Source: Octopus sinensis (taxonomy: Eukaryota). From it: a stretch of DNA of 64,000 nucleotides. The number at the start of each line of letters is the position of its first letter. Position 1 is the stretch's first letter. A program made the translations under genes and the position numbers. Where the stretch lies: positions 163,432,001 through 163,496,000 of the forward strand of contig NC_043000.1 of NCBI RefSeq assembly GCF_006345805.1. Direction: 5' to 3'. This document shows, in pieces, positions 39,732 to 53,879 of this stretch. The notes beneath the pieces were generated by a model. The model made no database searches, was not told the DNA's origin, and saw nothing but the letters and a program-made list of their open reading frames with translations.

Positions 39732-40080
39732 AAACACAAAATGGGACAAGAACGCAAAACACCCAAACAGACGACACAAAAACACGGACGGGTCACTCGA
39801 AGCCTCCAATCCCCAGTCAAGAACCGGACCATCCTAGCAACCCCAGCCGACCAATCCCGAGACCGCTCCGATCCGGCCAGCCCCAAGGAAAAACTAAGCC
39901 ACGAGCACCAGATCTCCTGGGAAAAGGATCGAATGCACACGAAACAAGGACAAAAAAAAAACGGACGATGCCACACGAACATAAATACAATAAACAATAT
40001 AATACGAATATAAACACAAAAAACAACAACAACAATAATAACAGGACGAAACAACAGGCGTCTCTCGCACACACTGACAC
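39732..40080 (-). mobile_element. Microsatellite-embedded repeat with strong A depletion and G excess on the minus strand (candidate hyperedited retrocopy)
   Basis: Only 17 T in 229 nt of the plus strand (39732-39960) and no TT; 12 of the 17 T are followed by C. Confidence 0.6.
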
Positions 40081-40110
40081 GTACGTACATACATAATACA
40101 TACATACATA

Positions 40111-40225
40111 AAACATATCCTGTTGAAGTTGTTGAGATTCCAGTGAAGGAACCTTGGATCTGGGTTAAAAACCGGCTCTTTCTCTATTGGCAAGAAACCT
40201 TGAAATAAAACTGACCAATGACGTA
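40111..40225 (+). mobile_element. Short 3'-UTR fragment of an R4/Dong-like element next to (TACA)n
   Basis: ggaaccttggatctgggttaaaaaccggctc parallels ggagccttgcatctttgttggaaaccggctc in the 3' UTR of the 5372-5841 element. Confidence 0.45.
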
Positions 40226-40380
40226 TACACGCATGTATAATTGTTCCGTGCGATATACATTTCGTCTTTGCAAAGTTCCGCATTCCTACCCTTGTAGCAA
40301 ATAGAGAAATCTAAATATTCATAATGAATTGATGTTGTTGTTGTTATTATTGTTATCATCATAGTTATGATTATTTATTA

Positions 40381-40413
<33 letters not shown>

Positions 40414-41983
40414 TTATTTTTATAGGAAACTTGTTAGGTTAGCTTTGAGTTAAGGTTTCACGTGTTGCTTTAAAACCAACTTGGCATTTGATAAAGTATC
40501 AAATAGAAGGTGTAGCAAATGATTGATTTCATATTTGTCTTGACTTCTGCTTGGTTTATATAAAATGTCAAGGATTATAAATTTGGTTTCAGGTTTCACG
40601 TTATATTGGCAGTACCGGTGCACATGTCATAACATTCGTAACACAAACATGACACACATTACATACAAATACAAACATCCCACGCATTATTTCTCACATA
40701 TGATATATGTATATATTATATGCACATATACATATAACTACTCATATACAAGCACGCATGTGTGTTCATACTTCAAGATATTATCGCGTCGTATTGTGGT
40801 AGGTCCGCAGCAAAGATTATTTTATTGTGGCAGTGTACAGTACGCAACATCCATTCACAAAATCAACATCAACATCAGTAGTAGCAGTAATAATAAAAAC
40901 AATAATAATAATGATAATAATATTTATTATTATTTCTAATTTTTGATTCAAGATTAACAAGTTTGAGGAGAGGGTGAAGTCGATTACATCGACCCTTGTA
41001 CGTGATTGGTATTATTTTATCGACCCCAAAAATATGAAAAGTAAAGTTGACATCCACGGAATTTGAACTCAGAACGTACAGTTGTGGACGAAATGCCGTT
41101 AAGCATTTTTTGTCAAGCGAGCTAACGATTCTGCCAGCTCGTAGTTTTAATAGTAATTGTTATGGTTTCAAGTTTTGGCACAAGGCCAGTAATTTATGAG
41201 AAGGGGCAAGTCAATTATATCGACCCCAGTATTCAACAGGTACTTATTCTATCGATCTCCACTCCTAGAATGATGAACAGCAAAATTGACCTCGGCTAAG
41301 TAGCAATACAATAACAACAACTACTGCAATGATAAAACAGTACATTAAAAACCAATAAATGAATAGTATCAAAATCGAAAAACAGCGGCTCCAATGCGGT
41401 TCCTGTTACTGTTATTGATGTGCGCAAAACAAAATGCATTACGTCCGTTTTTACGTTCTGAGTTCAAATGCCACTAAGGTCAACTTTGCCTTTCATCCAT
41501 TCGGGGTCGATGAAACAAACGCTAGTTAAGCACTGGGATAAATATAGTCGACTTCCTCGTCCACGAAAATTTAAGGCCTTCTGCTTATTGTAGAAACCCC
41601 TGTTACTGTTTCTATCGTTGTTGTTAAGCAACAAGATGGGTCAGGGTGATTAGGTGATAGTCTAGGGCTTAGGGGCGGGAGACCCCAGACCTTGGGGAAA
41701 AAAAACTTTGGTCGTCTTGTAGTCGAGGACTCTTCGTTGACGCCCGACACCACTGGGAGGTGGTCCTCGAAGTCTCTGGAAATGGAGATCTCCAGGTCCA
41801 AATTCTTGAACGGCTGCTGCTGCTACTTCTACTGCTGTGAACAAAAAAATGTCGCAAAAGAACGCAATTGACATCACTAACGAGCCAAAGGTGACTATAG
41901 TCATAAACATAGTACAACCCGTCTCCCGTAAGCATAAGCATCACCATCACCAATTAATACTGCACGCACTATATACAGACCAA

Positions 41984-42378
41984 GGCGGTGAGCTGGCAGA
42001 AACGTTAGCAAACCGGGCGAAATGCTTAGCGGTATTTCGTCTGCCGCTACGTTCTGAGTTCAAATTCCGCCGAGGTCGACTTTGCCTTTCATCCTTTCGG
42101 GGTCGATAAATTAAGTACCAGTTACACTCTGGGGTCGATATAATCGACTTAATCCGTTTGTCTGTCCTTGTTTGTCCTCTCTGTGTTTAGCCCCTTGTGG
42201 GTAGTAACGAAATAGGTATTTCGCCTGTCTTTACGTTCTGAGTTCAAATTCCACCTAGGTCGACTTTGCCTTTCATCCTTTCGGGGCTGATGAAATAAGT
42301 ACCAGTTATGCACTGGGGTCGATGAAATCGACTAATTCCCTCCCCCAAATTTCGGGCCTTGTGCCTAGAGTAGAAAAG
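41984..42378 (+). mobile_element. SINE family A, full dimeric copy; diverged copies nearby at ~40940-41145(-), 41165-41295(-), 41435-41590(+), 43230-43400(-), 43710-43910(-), 45018-45230(+) and 46591-46803(+)
   Basis: Nearly the same sequence as 28350-28742. Confidence 0.9.
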
Positions 42379-43401
42379 AAAGCACTATATACAGACCAAC
42401 AAGAGGACTGTACGTAGTCGTTCCTCTTGTTAAAAATAGCAGTGAACTCTCCCTCGTATCTCATCCTTTGTCTTAAAAAGTAAGAACACATTAGGCATTT
42501 CTGCATTGATGACTTTATTTTGAATAAGGCACCGTGGTCACGGTTGGACTATATGTTCATAAGTTTGCTCGATCAGGGCCAGAGAGCAACAATTAGAACT
42601 GAAAAAAAAAACAGAAACGCCGCCAACAAAAACATCACGTCTCCGACAACAAATACCTACACCACCATCGTCCACTATACTACCATTATCACCAACGCAT
42701 CTACCACCACCATCACAATAGCACCATCACCACCACAACTACCACTACCTTTGCCACTATCGTCGCCGCCGCCGCCGCCGCCCTTAGTACTAAATCTACC
42801 ACCACCCATATTACAAGTTTAATTGATATAAAGGATAGTCTCATTTGCCCGACATACACATCATTGACCTTTGTACTGTAATGAACTTTGTAAGTGGATG
42901 GGAGAGGCAGTGGTAGTGGGGGATGATGTAGTGAGTGGTGTTGGTGAGGATGGTGGGGTAATTATTGTTGCTACTGTCGGTAGGAATGGGGTGGTGGTGG
43001 TGGTGGTGGTGGTGGTGGTGGTTGAAAATTGCTTAAGTACATGGGTAGAAAAGAGTTATTGGAAATATTGGAATCGGCAAGTGTACATGTGTGTATGTAT
43101 GTGTGTGTGTGTGTGGGAATGCGTGTATGTGTGTGTGTGTGTGGGAATGCGTGTGTGTGCGCGCGTGCGTTTACATACGTATTCTTTACTTTCCTTATTT
43201 GGGCAGAAGTCTTATTTTAGCAATGTTAAGGGGTGGCAAAGTCCATTATATTGACCCCAGTGCTCAACTGTAACTTATTTTATCGACCCTGAAAAGATGA
43301 AAGGCAAAATCGACCTCGGAGAAATTTTAACTCTGTCGGACGAAATGCCGGTGAGCATTTTGTCCGCAGTACTAAAACTTCTACCAGCTCTCCGCCTTAT
43401 G

Positions 43402-43691
43402 CTCCTTCTCGAGCCAAGCCTGGCTCATAAGGGCCAGTTTCCCGGTTTCATTGGCGTGTAGGTTCCCTACCTGGACGGGTCGCCGGTCCATCGCAGGTGA
43501 GCTGCTAGATGCAGGAGGAAAGGTTGAAAATTGTAGCAAGAGAGTAAGCAGAAGTCGCCGTTACCTTCTGCCGGAGCAGCGTGGAGCTTAAGTGTTTTGC
43601 TCATAAACACACATCGCCTGGTCTGAGATCCGAACCCGCAATCCCTCGACCGCGAGTTCGCTTCTCTAATCACTAGGCCATGTGCCTCCAC
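43402..43691 (-). mobile_element. tRNA-derived SINE with a V-domain-like core
   Basis: Minus strand: A box tggcctagtgattag, B box gggttcggatctc, core cctgcgatggaccggcgacccgtccagg. Confidence 0.7.
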
Positions 43692-44045
43692 CCACCTTAT
43701 GTGTACCGATTTCAAATTTTGGCATAAAACCAGCAATTTCGAGGAAATGGGTAAATCGAGTACAGTGTTCAAATGATACTTATTTTATCGATTCCGAAGA
43801 GTGAACGACAAAGTCAACCTTGGTGGAATTTGAACTCAGAACGTGAAGACGGATAGTGTTGCGAAACGTTTTGCCCGACGTGCTCACAGTTCTGCCAACT
43901 AGCCACCCTATGTGTGCACATACGTATATTACAATAAGAATTAGTGAGTAACAAATGTGAATATGTGAATAGGTATAACCGATTCTATAAAATATTAAAA
44001 TTCCAGGAGAGAAGAATAATGAATAGCTTCAAATCCCCAAAATAC

Positions 44046-44560
44046 GTGGCTGTGTGGTAAGTAGCTTGCTTACCAACCACATGGTTCCGGGTTCAGTCCC
44101 ACTGCGTGGCATCTTGGGTAAGTGTCTTCTACTATAGCCTCGGGCCGACCAATGCCTTGTGAGTGGATTTGGTAGACGGAATTTGAAAGAAGCCCGTCGT
44201 ATATATGTATATATGTATTCGGAGACCCCCTTCGGTCACGACACAGACCATGGGATTGCACCTAGAAAGTTACCCTCCTAGACACAAGTCCGGGCGAGGT
44301 TGTTTATGGAAGACCAGCAGTCGCCCATGCATACCAGCCTCCCCTCTCCACGCCACCAGTGTTATCCAAGGGAAAGACAAAGGTCGATACAGCTTGGCAC
44401 CAGTGACGTCGCAACTCATTTCTACAGCTGAGTGAACTGGAGCAACGTGAAAATAAAGTGTCTTGCTCTAGAACACAACACACAGCCCGGTCCGGGATTC
44501 GAGCTCACAACCTCACGATCGTAAGCTCGACGCTCTAACCACTGAGCCATGCGCCTTCAC

Positions 44561-44623
<63 letters not shown>

Positions 44624-44820
44624 TTGTGTGCCCCCCCCCCGACATCGCTTGACAACTGATGCTGGTGTGTTTACATTCCCGTAACTTAGCGGTTCGGCAA
44701 AATAGACCGATAGAATAAGTACTAGGCTTACAAACAATAAGTCCTGGGGGTCGACTAAAGGCGGCGCTCCAGCATGGCCATAGTCAAATGACTGAAACAA
44801 GTAAAAGACTAAAAGAATAA
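44046..44820 (+). mobile_element. SINE family B containing a nested SINE
   Basis: 5' half 44046-44215; 3' half 44615-44820. Confidence 0.85.
44220..44560 (-). mobile_element. tRNA-derived SINE nested in the internal microsatellite of SINE B
   Basis: Minus strand ggcgcatggctcagtggttagagcg...gagctcgaatcccgg tRNA head. Confidence 0.85.
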
Positions 44821-45798
44821 ACTTGTCATTTACTTCAACAAGTCCTTTCTACTGCTCACTGGTGATTTCATTTTATATTGCTAGAATATACTTTATAGCT
44901 ATTTGAAAGGAATGAGGGAAATGGTTAATTGTTATACTTGGGTAGGGTCATCTTTTGCAAATAAAACACACGCACTGTGTATTTGATCTTCACTTCAGTT
45001 TTATTGGTGTTAATAAAGGCGGTGAGCTGGCAGAATCGTTAAGCCGCCGGGTGATATGCTTAGCGGCATTTGGTCCGTCTTTACGTTCTGAGTTCAAGTT
45101 CCGCCGAGGTCAACTTTGCCTTTAATCCTTTCGGGGTCGATGAAATAAGTAGCAATTACGCACTGGGGGTCGATGAAATTTATTATCTCCCTCCCCTAAA
45201 TCTCAGGCCTTGTGCATATAGTAGAAAGGATTATTATTATTATTATTATTATTTACTTCATTTGTCCCCCAAAGTTCTTTCGTCACACATTCTGTGACCT
45301 CTTCAGTAACTTTCTCTCCCATGTGTCTGATTAGAATTATTTTGTCTTCAAAACCCGATGATATCGACTGTTCCGAGAGTCGATAATTCAAGTAAACGCT
45401 CGAATTAATCGGTTGTTTTTGTTTTGTTTTTTTTCATCGAAAATATGTGTTACTGTGTTACTGCTAACAGCTTTCATTGTTCAGCGATCGTTGACAAAAT
45501 TATCAGTTATCAGTGATATCAGACTAATATCACAGGCAATATCACCGTCGATACTAGAGACGAGTTACAGCAGAATACTTGTATGGAGACAGCTTTGCAA
45601 GGAGACATGGTCGACGGTTTCGCTGACGTCATCAACAGTCTATGTAATAGCGACGCCTTTGAATGTTGAGAAAAGCATATTAAAATTTGCTAAATGATTC
45701 CAGCTGGTTACTTTTTAATTTACTGTAATGCGAAATCTAATGCATTCAAGGAACACAAAACTATGAAGATTTCTCTCTTTCTCTTTTTCTTTCTCCTT

Positions 45799-45836
<38 letters not shown>

Positions 45837-45984
45837 TTTCTACCTCTCATTTCATGTATATATTATACGTGTGTGCGCGTGTGTGTATGCGTGCGTGTGT
45901 ATGTATATATGAAGATATTTAGTGAGATAGAGAGATAGATCAATAGATAGGCAGACAGACAGACAGACAGCAGACAGAAGGACT

Positions 45985-46062
<78 letters not shown>

Positions 46063-46158
46063 GGATAGATAGATAGATAGACACATGCACATTTACATAT
46101 ACAAAAGCCTATTTTCATACTCATTAGTAAATATGTGCTTCTGTGTGAGGGTTGTGTA

Positions 46159-46197
<39 letters not shown>

Positions 46198-47375
46198 TTG
46201 TGTGCCCCCCCCCCGACATCGCTTGACAACTGATGCTGGTGTGTTTACATTCCCGTAACTTAGCGGTTCGGCAAAATAGACCGATAGAATAAGTACTAGG
46301 CTTACAAACAATAAGTCCTGGGGGTCGACTAAAGGCGGCGCTCCAGCATGGCCATAGTCAAATGACTGAAACAAGTAAAAGACTAAAAGAATAACTTGTC
46401 ATTTACTTCAACAAGTCCTTTCTACTGCTCACTGGTGATTTCATTTTATATTGCTAGAATATACTTTATAGCTATTTGAAAGGAATGAGGGAAATGGTTA
46501 ATTGTTATACTTGGGTAGGGTCATCTTTTGCAAATAAAACACACGCACTGTGTATTTGATCTTCACTTCAGTTTTATTGGTGTTAATAAAGGCGGTGAGC
46601 TGGCAGAATCGTTAAGCCGCCGGGTGATATGCTTAGCGGCATTTGGTCCGTCTTTACGTTCTGAGTTCAAGTTCCGCCGAGGTCAACTTTGCCTTTAATC
46701 CTTTCGGGGTCGATGAAATAAGTAGCAATTACGCACTGGGGGTCGATGAAATTTATTATCTCCCTCCCCTAAATCTCAGGCCTTGTGCATATAGTAGAAA
46801 GGATTATTATTATTATTATTATTATTTACTTCATTTGTCCCCCAAAGTTCTTTCGTCACACATTCTGTGACCTCTTCAGTAACTTTCTCTCCCATGTGTC
46901 TGATTAGAATTATTTTGTCTTCAAAACCCGATGATATCGACTGTTCCGAGAGTCGATAATTCAAGTAAACGCTCGAATTAATCGGTTGTTTTTGTTTTGT
47001 TTTTTTTTTTCATCGAAAATATGTGTTACTGTGTTACTGCTAACAGCTTTCATTGTTCAGCGATCGTTGACAAAATTATCAGTTATCAGTGATATCAGAC
47101 TAATATCACAGGCAATATCACCGTCGATACTAGAGACGAGTTACAGCAGAATACTTGTATGGAGACAGCTTTGCAAGGAGACATGGTCGACGGTTTCGCT
47201 GACGTCATCAACAGTCTATGTAATAGCGACGCCTTTGAATGTTGAGAAAAGCATATTAAAATTTGCTAAATGATTCCAGCTGGTTACTTTTTAATTTACT
47301 GTAATGCGAAATCTAATGCATTCAAGGAACACAAAACTATGAAGATTTCTCTCTTTCTCTTTTTCTTTCTCCCTT

Positions 47376-47413
<38 letters not shown>

Positions 47414-47561
47414 TTTCTACCTCTCATTTCATGTATATATTATACGTGTGTGCGCGTGTGTGTATGCGTGCGTGTGTATGTATATATGAAGATATTTAGT
47501 GAGATAGAGAGATAGATCAATAGATAGGCAGACAGACAGACAGACAGCAGACAGAAGGACT

Positions 47562-47636
<75 letters not shown>

Positions 47637-47757
47637 GGATAGATAGATAGATAGACACATGCACATTTACATATACAAAAGCCTATTTTCATACTCATTA
47701 GTAAATATGTGCTTCTGTGTGAGGGTTGTGTATGTGCGTGTGTGTGTGTGTGTGTGT
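44591..47757. repeat. Tandem duplication, ~1.57-kb unit, breakpoints in (TG)n tracts
   Basis: Identical ORFs at 45070/46643 and 45203/46776 (offset 1573); the differences seen are only homopolymer or microsatellite length changes. Confidence 0.95.
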
Positions 47758-48178
47758 AGTGACGCAGGCCAGAACGAAGTGAGCTTTATTTAGAGCACCT
47801 CATCTGGGGTCTTTCTGGTTAACAACTGAGCAGTACTCTGTCAGAGAAGGGGTGAGGGTTAGTACGTTAGATTTGCTGGTAAATATCTCCATCGCCAATA
47901 TTCAGAAAAGAAGGGAACAATATATCGAGCCCTTTTAACACCTCTTTTCTGTGTTGCATACTATGACTAGCCGTACCCACGAAAGGCAATGCAGTCAATG
48001 AAAATGTCCATGCCATGAGTTAGCATGAGTGATAACCTCTCTTAACACCTGCTGCAAGAGGCGCCCTTTGTGCTGCTCATGTATCAGAAAACAATCAAAT
48101 GACGGTGTTGCTCGGGATCAAGTTGCAGCCATTATGTATGTATGTATGTATGTATGTATGTATGTATGTATGTATGTA

Positions 48179-48214
<36 letters not shown>

Positions 48215-48944
48215 TCCGTCGGTACGTACGGATGGATGAATATTATGCTATTCAAAAGTGGGTACGAAAGGTTTGGGTTTGGCAAACAGTTTCACACTCC
48301 ACTCCAATATTCCACTCTGATTGAAAATAACCACCCAATGACAGGACAGGCTAAAGTGTGAAATTCGAACCACTTTATTAAGTAATATAGGTTAAGTGAA
48401 CCAATCGGTCAGTGGAAATGCGTATGTTATATAATGCCTAAAAACACCAATTATGCCCTCTTCCTTTCTTTTACCAATGCTTCAGTGTAGGTGTGTGAAA
48501 TTAAAAATGTACTAAGGGTAACATATTTTGGTTGTTCAGTTTTTAGGTGTTTATTTTTGTTTATAGCTCCACATACCTTGAAAATTATATTTATTGCTTG
48601 TTAGTTTAGATTTGAATGTCGAATACTTGTTTGTAGTGAAGATAACCGTCAGTATATAGAGAGTATATGATAATAGTTAAATATGTAAGGGAGTGTATTA
48701 AAGCGAAAAATATATGTTATGTGAAAGGAGATAAATAGGTTAGGAGTATATAAAATAGGGTAAATATGTGATGATGTATGACAACAGATAAATATATAAG
48801 GAATATATGAAAGTAGATAAGTATCCACGAATATGAAAGTATATATACATAAATACACGCACACACATGCATGCACGTGCGCGTGTATATATGTGTAAGG
48901 AGTCTATGAAAATATATTAAGAGTAGATAAAAGCCGATAAATAT

Positions 48945-49960
48945 ACAGGGATTGGGCAAAATTATGACAAGACCTTGTTCAATAGAAGTTTTATGCTTTA
49001 GTACAGAGTTGGTCCAACTTTGGCATCAATTACAGCTTTAATACATCGAAGAATTGACCTGAACGGTTGCTCGCGGAATTTTAGGTTATTCTTCAAGTAA
49101 AACCTGCTTTATTTCTTTCAGCAATGATGGTTAAGAAAAGCGGCTCCTCACTTCCTGTTCTAAAATGCACCATGAATGTTCCGTTATATTGAGAGTGTTG
49201 GAAACTAGTGATTGCTGAGCCCAATCCAAGAGATCTGCTTCCCTTTTGTGACCTTCACACCAATTATGAATAACACTAGCTGTCTAAATCGGCGCATTTT
49301 TCTCCCTGGAAGTTTACGTTACCATCAGAGAATAATGTTTGTACTATAGGATGGAGAGCGTCAGCCAAAATACCCAATAAATCATTAGCGTTAAATCTTT
49401 AATGTGGAAGTACTAAAAGGCCAAGAGAAATCCATGATATGGCAAACTAAATCAATAAAGCCGCCTTCATGTTTCAAGAAAGGGGCTAAAAAGTTAGGGT
49501 TGAAAGCTTAATGGGATGTCCCCTGACATAAATTCGCCTTGAAGTGTGGATAAGGCTGATTGATGATTTATCAGACAGCACTGTTCCATTCAGTCTTTGA
49601 ACACTTCATGTAGTCTAGACACCACTTTTTCCCCACAATCAATTTTGATGAGAGCCAGGATAGATTGAGCAGTTGCAGCTTTGCCATGATATTCATTTTT
49701 AGGGAGATCATGACAAACAGTTTTAGTTGATAAAGGGTTGGCAACGTAGTGGTTCAACTATTCTTTCACTTTTGCTGCCGTCATTCGATGGTTTTTAGTT
49801 AGAATACGTTTTATTATTTTGTGGTTCCGCTATGTGAGCTTTGCCTTTGATCTAGAATTATGTTTGCCACAGCCGACCTCTCGAAACAGTGAAAAACTTT
49901 AGCTATTCAGCTGATATAGTGAGTCAAGGTTCAGCCATCTGCGCTCCGACAATTTTTCCT
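48945..49960 (-). mobile_element. Degenerate Tc1-like transposon
   Basis: TA-cagggattgggcaaaattatg TIR; minus-strand LLDWAQQS..LNITEHSW..LE and ...CIKAVIDAKVGPTLY* match Tc1 WP.QSPDLNPIE.LW and AVI.AKGG.T.Y. Confidence 0.75.
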
Positions 49961-50171
49961 CCTCAGAAATGAGACAGGTCGTGCTTTTAACTTATTTAAA
50001 TATAGGCACGGGCGTGGCTGTGTGGTAAGAAGCTTGCTTCCCGACCACATGTTTCTGGGTTCAGTCCTACTGTATGACACCTTGGGCAAGTGTCTTCTAC
50101 TATAACCTCGGGCTGACCAAAGCCTTGTGAGTGGATTAGGTAGACCGAAGCTGAAAGAAGCCCGTCGTACA

Positions 50172-50245
<74 letters not shown>

Positions 50246-51239
50246 ATAGACAAGTTAAAATAACAGTCGTTACATATAATTCTTATATTAGAGCAAATTT
50301 GGTTTAGAGCAGTTTCCTGTAGTCGTTATAGATAGATTTACTCAATTGGTCTATGGATCAATTGTGTTGAATTGAAAGCCCTGAGAACCATTGTGTGTGT
50401 GTGTGTGTGGTGTGTGTGTGTGTGTGGTTGTTCCCCCATCATCGCTTGACAACTGATGTTAGTGTGTTTATGTCCCCGTAACTTAGCAGTTCGGCAAAAA
50501 AAACGACCGATAGAGTAAGTACTAGGCTTACGAAGAATAAGTCCTGGAGTCGATTTCTTCGACTAAAATCGATTAAGGCGGTGCTCCAGCATGGTCGCAA
50601 TCAAATGACTGAAGCAAGTAAAAGAATAAAAGAAAAGTAAAAGAAACCAAACAGGAATATAACAACAAGTGAAAGGCACACATAATTGATATGGATACAT
50701 CTATAGAGTCTGGTGCAGTTTTCAATTCTAACGGCGTTTCCATTATTTCCCTCAGCCCCTTGTGTATATATCAATGGTTCCCATATTTATTTGACTGCAG
50801 AACTCTTATATGATTTTCCAAAAGTCCACAACTCATATTTATGTTTTATGCTGCAATATCAACCACCGGCAATTCAATACATCACGCAGTGAAACACAAG
50901 TTGTTTTAGCGAGATAATGTATCCGTTAAAAAAAGTGCAACTTAAAATAACTTATTATTCTGAAAATGTTGAATACTATTTTTTATTAAAACATACTTAT
51001 AGTAAGTTTCTTTAAAAGTCGTTTTATCTTGCTGAAGCCAAGAATTTTTTTTCACAGAATTCAAATATTATTTCGCTGAAATTTAAGGGTCTTGGGAAGG
51101 AACTCTTTTGGGAAATAGGAGTATAATGTATATGAAAGTAAATAAATACATTCTGTTTAGGAAAGTTGATATGATATAGATATTATATATGAAAGACGAC
51201 AAACACAAACACACAAAACACACATGTACGTGAATGTGT

Positions 51240-51298
<59 letters not shown>

Positions 51299-51675
51299 CG
51301 TTCCTTCATTTGTTGCAGACATTGAACTGGAACCATGTTAAGGTGACGCCTTCAAGAGTTTAGTCGAGAAAATTGGTCGCAGTTCTTTGTTTTCTTCAGC
51401 TCTGTTTTGCAGAGTCGCTAAGTTATGGAAAAGTTTTTAAAAAATCAAGACTAGTTGCCAAGCAATGTTGTGTCAAACACAAATTTACGCATACATACAT
51501 AGAAACTCGTTTACGTGTATATGTGTGCGTGCGTGCATGTATATATGTATGTATATATGTATATATGTATGTGTGTGTATGCATGTATGTATGTATGTAT
51601 GTATGTATGTATGTATGTATGTATGAATGTATGTATGTATGTATATATGTATGTATGTGTATGTATGTATGTATG

Positions 51676-51741
<66 letters not shown>

Positions 51742-52383
51742 TGTATGTATGTATGTATGTATGTATGTATATATGTATGTATGTATGTATGTACATTGAG
51801 CCTAGACGTCACTTACAACCTAGTGTATGTAACCTTATTCTAACCGCAGTAGAATCTGGACTAGTGTTTCGCAAGGTGAGGCGCACGTTACTTCGAAATA
51901 GTGTGTGTGTGTGTGTGTGTGCGTGTCTGCCTGAGGTGCGCGCACGCGTAGGTGTTTTAACTTTGTCCGTCAATTTTTGGGATAAAAGCGCCTCATGGAA
52001 AATCGAAATGAATTGTGGGATTAAAAAGGTACACAAAACGTTGCTGTCATATATATATACATATATACATACTTATTTCGTCAATTTGGCCATATCCAAG
52101 ATTTATTCTTTCCATTTATTTCACGCAAACTCTGGTTGTAGCCGCAGGTAACCTTTGATGATATATAGAGCACTTTCATTGAATAAACATTTCGATTAGA
52201 ACAATTAATGTGTGCCTTATATGGATCAAAGTATACATATCTAGTTAAGCATGCACGTACCTACCTACCTACCTACATACCTACCTACCTACATATATAC
52301 ATACATACATACTGTGTATTTTTTGCCCCCCCTCCTAAAAAATACATAGTTTGTATGCATGTAGGTAGCTAAGTACGTGCATG

Positions 52384-52415
<32 letters not shown>

Positions 52416-52960
52416 CATACATACATACATACATACATACATACATACATACATACATACATACATACATACATACATACATACATACATACATGCATGC
52501 ATACATTCACACATACCCAAACACACATTCACGTACATGCGTAAAAATCATTTAGTATCAATAACTTTATTGATACTAGCTATGATATTACTGAAGCGAA
52601 ATGCTTGTATTTCAATTTCTTTCGCTTCGTATCATGGTTCCTATTCTTTTAACTTTTATATTTTCTTTTGTTGCGTTTTCTTTTCATCTTAGCTATGAAA
52701 TGTTTTGATGGCAGAATCACTTTAGTGGTGTTATGTTGATTTGAACTCGAATCCACAAAGACATAAATATATATCAGAGGTCTACATTAAAATAGAGGGT
52801 CACAAACATACTGAGGTGTGTGTGTGTGTGTGTAGATAGATAGACAGATAGGTAAATAGATACACAGACACATACACAGGATTATAGATAGACAGACTGA
52901 CAGACAGACAGACAGACAGACAGATAGATAGATAGATAGATATATAGATAGATAGACAGG

Positions 52961-52991
<31 letters not shown>

Positions 52992-53023
52992 ATAGATAGA
53001 TAGAGAGAAAGAGAGAGACAGAG

Positions 53024-53074
<51 letters not shown>

Positions 53075-53229
53075 CAGATAGACAGATAGATAGATAGATA
53101 GATAGACAGATAGATAGATGATAGATAGATAGATAATGATACAGTTGTGTGCGCGTGTCTATCTGCATGTAGTCGTATGTTTCTTTACTTACGTAAACAT
53201 ATACGTACATACATACATACATGCATACA

Positions 53230-53263
<34 letters not shown>

Positions 53264-53795
53264 CGTACATACATACGTACATACATACATACATACATAC
53301 ATACATACATACATAGACGCGTATACAAAAAAAGTATTCATATGGAGGGTAGATTGAGTGGTGGGGCGTGTGGGGGGGTGTGGTAGAAGTGTTCATCAGA
53401 AATGGCTCCAGGTTGCCGAATGGATAACAAAAGCCTTCGGCAGCCTAACGACGGCGTTAGATGTTTCACTAAGCTGACCCGGAATAAATAGCCTTAAGCT
53501 GCATAACCCGCTCTCCATATTGTACCTGCTGCCAGGCAAAAGGCATTTCTTCATATACACATACACACTCATACATAAATACCAACAGCGCTTCCAATTT
53601 ACTGACATAGATATTGGTATTCACACACACACTCACAAACAAGCGTACCCATGTGCATATGTATGGGTGGGCGTGCGTGTGTCTGCGTGTATGTATGTTT
53701 GTGTTCGTGTATGTGTGTACGTGTGTGCACGTGTGTGTGTTCTTGTGTATGTATGCGTGTTCTTGTGTATGTGTGTGTGTATATATATGTATATA

Positions 53796-53877
<82 letters not shown>

Positions 53878-53879
53878 TA

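Noticed and set aside
39486-40116. ORFs of 175-202 aa
   Set aside because: Open only because of microsatellites and loss of T/A, which removes stop codons; not protein-like.
41629-41810. GC-rich segment, possibly an RLE LINE 3' end (RRVLD on the minus strand)
   Set aside because: Too short and degenerate to support a call.
44490-44560. tRNA gene-like sequence (also at 32689, 33038 and 43620)
   Set aside because: These continue into SINE bodies and lack a proper acceptor stem and terminator; they are SINE heads.
51373-53396. Many long ORFs (YVCM, IYLS and HT repeats) here and across the window
   Set aside because: Translations of (TATG)n, (GATA)n, (TA)n and (CA)n microsatellites.
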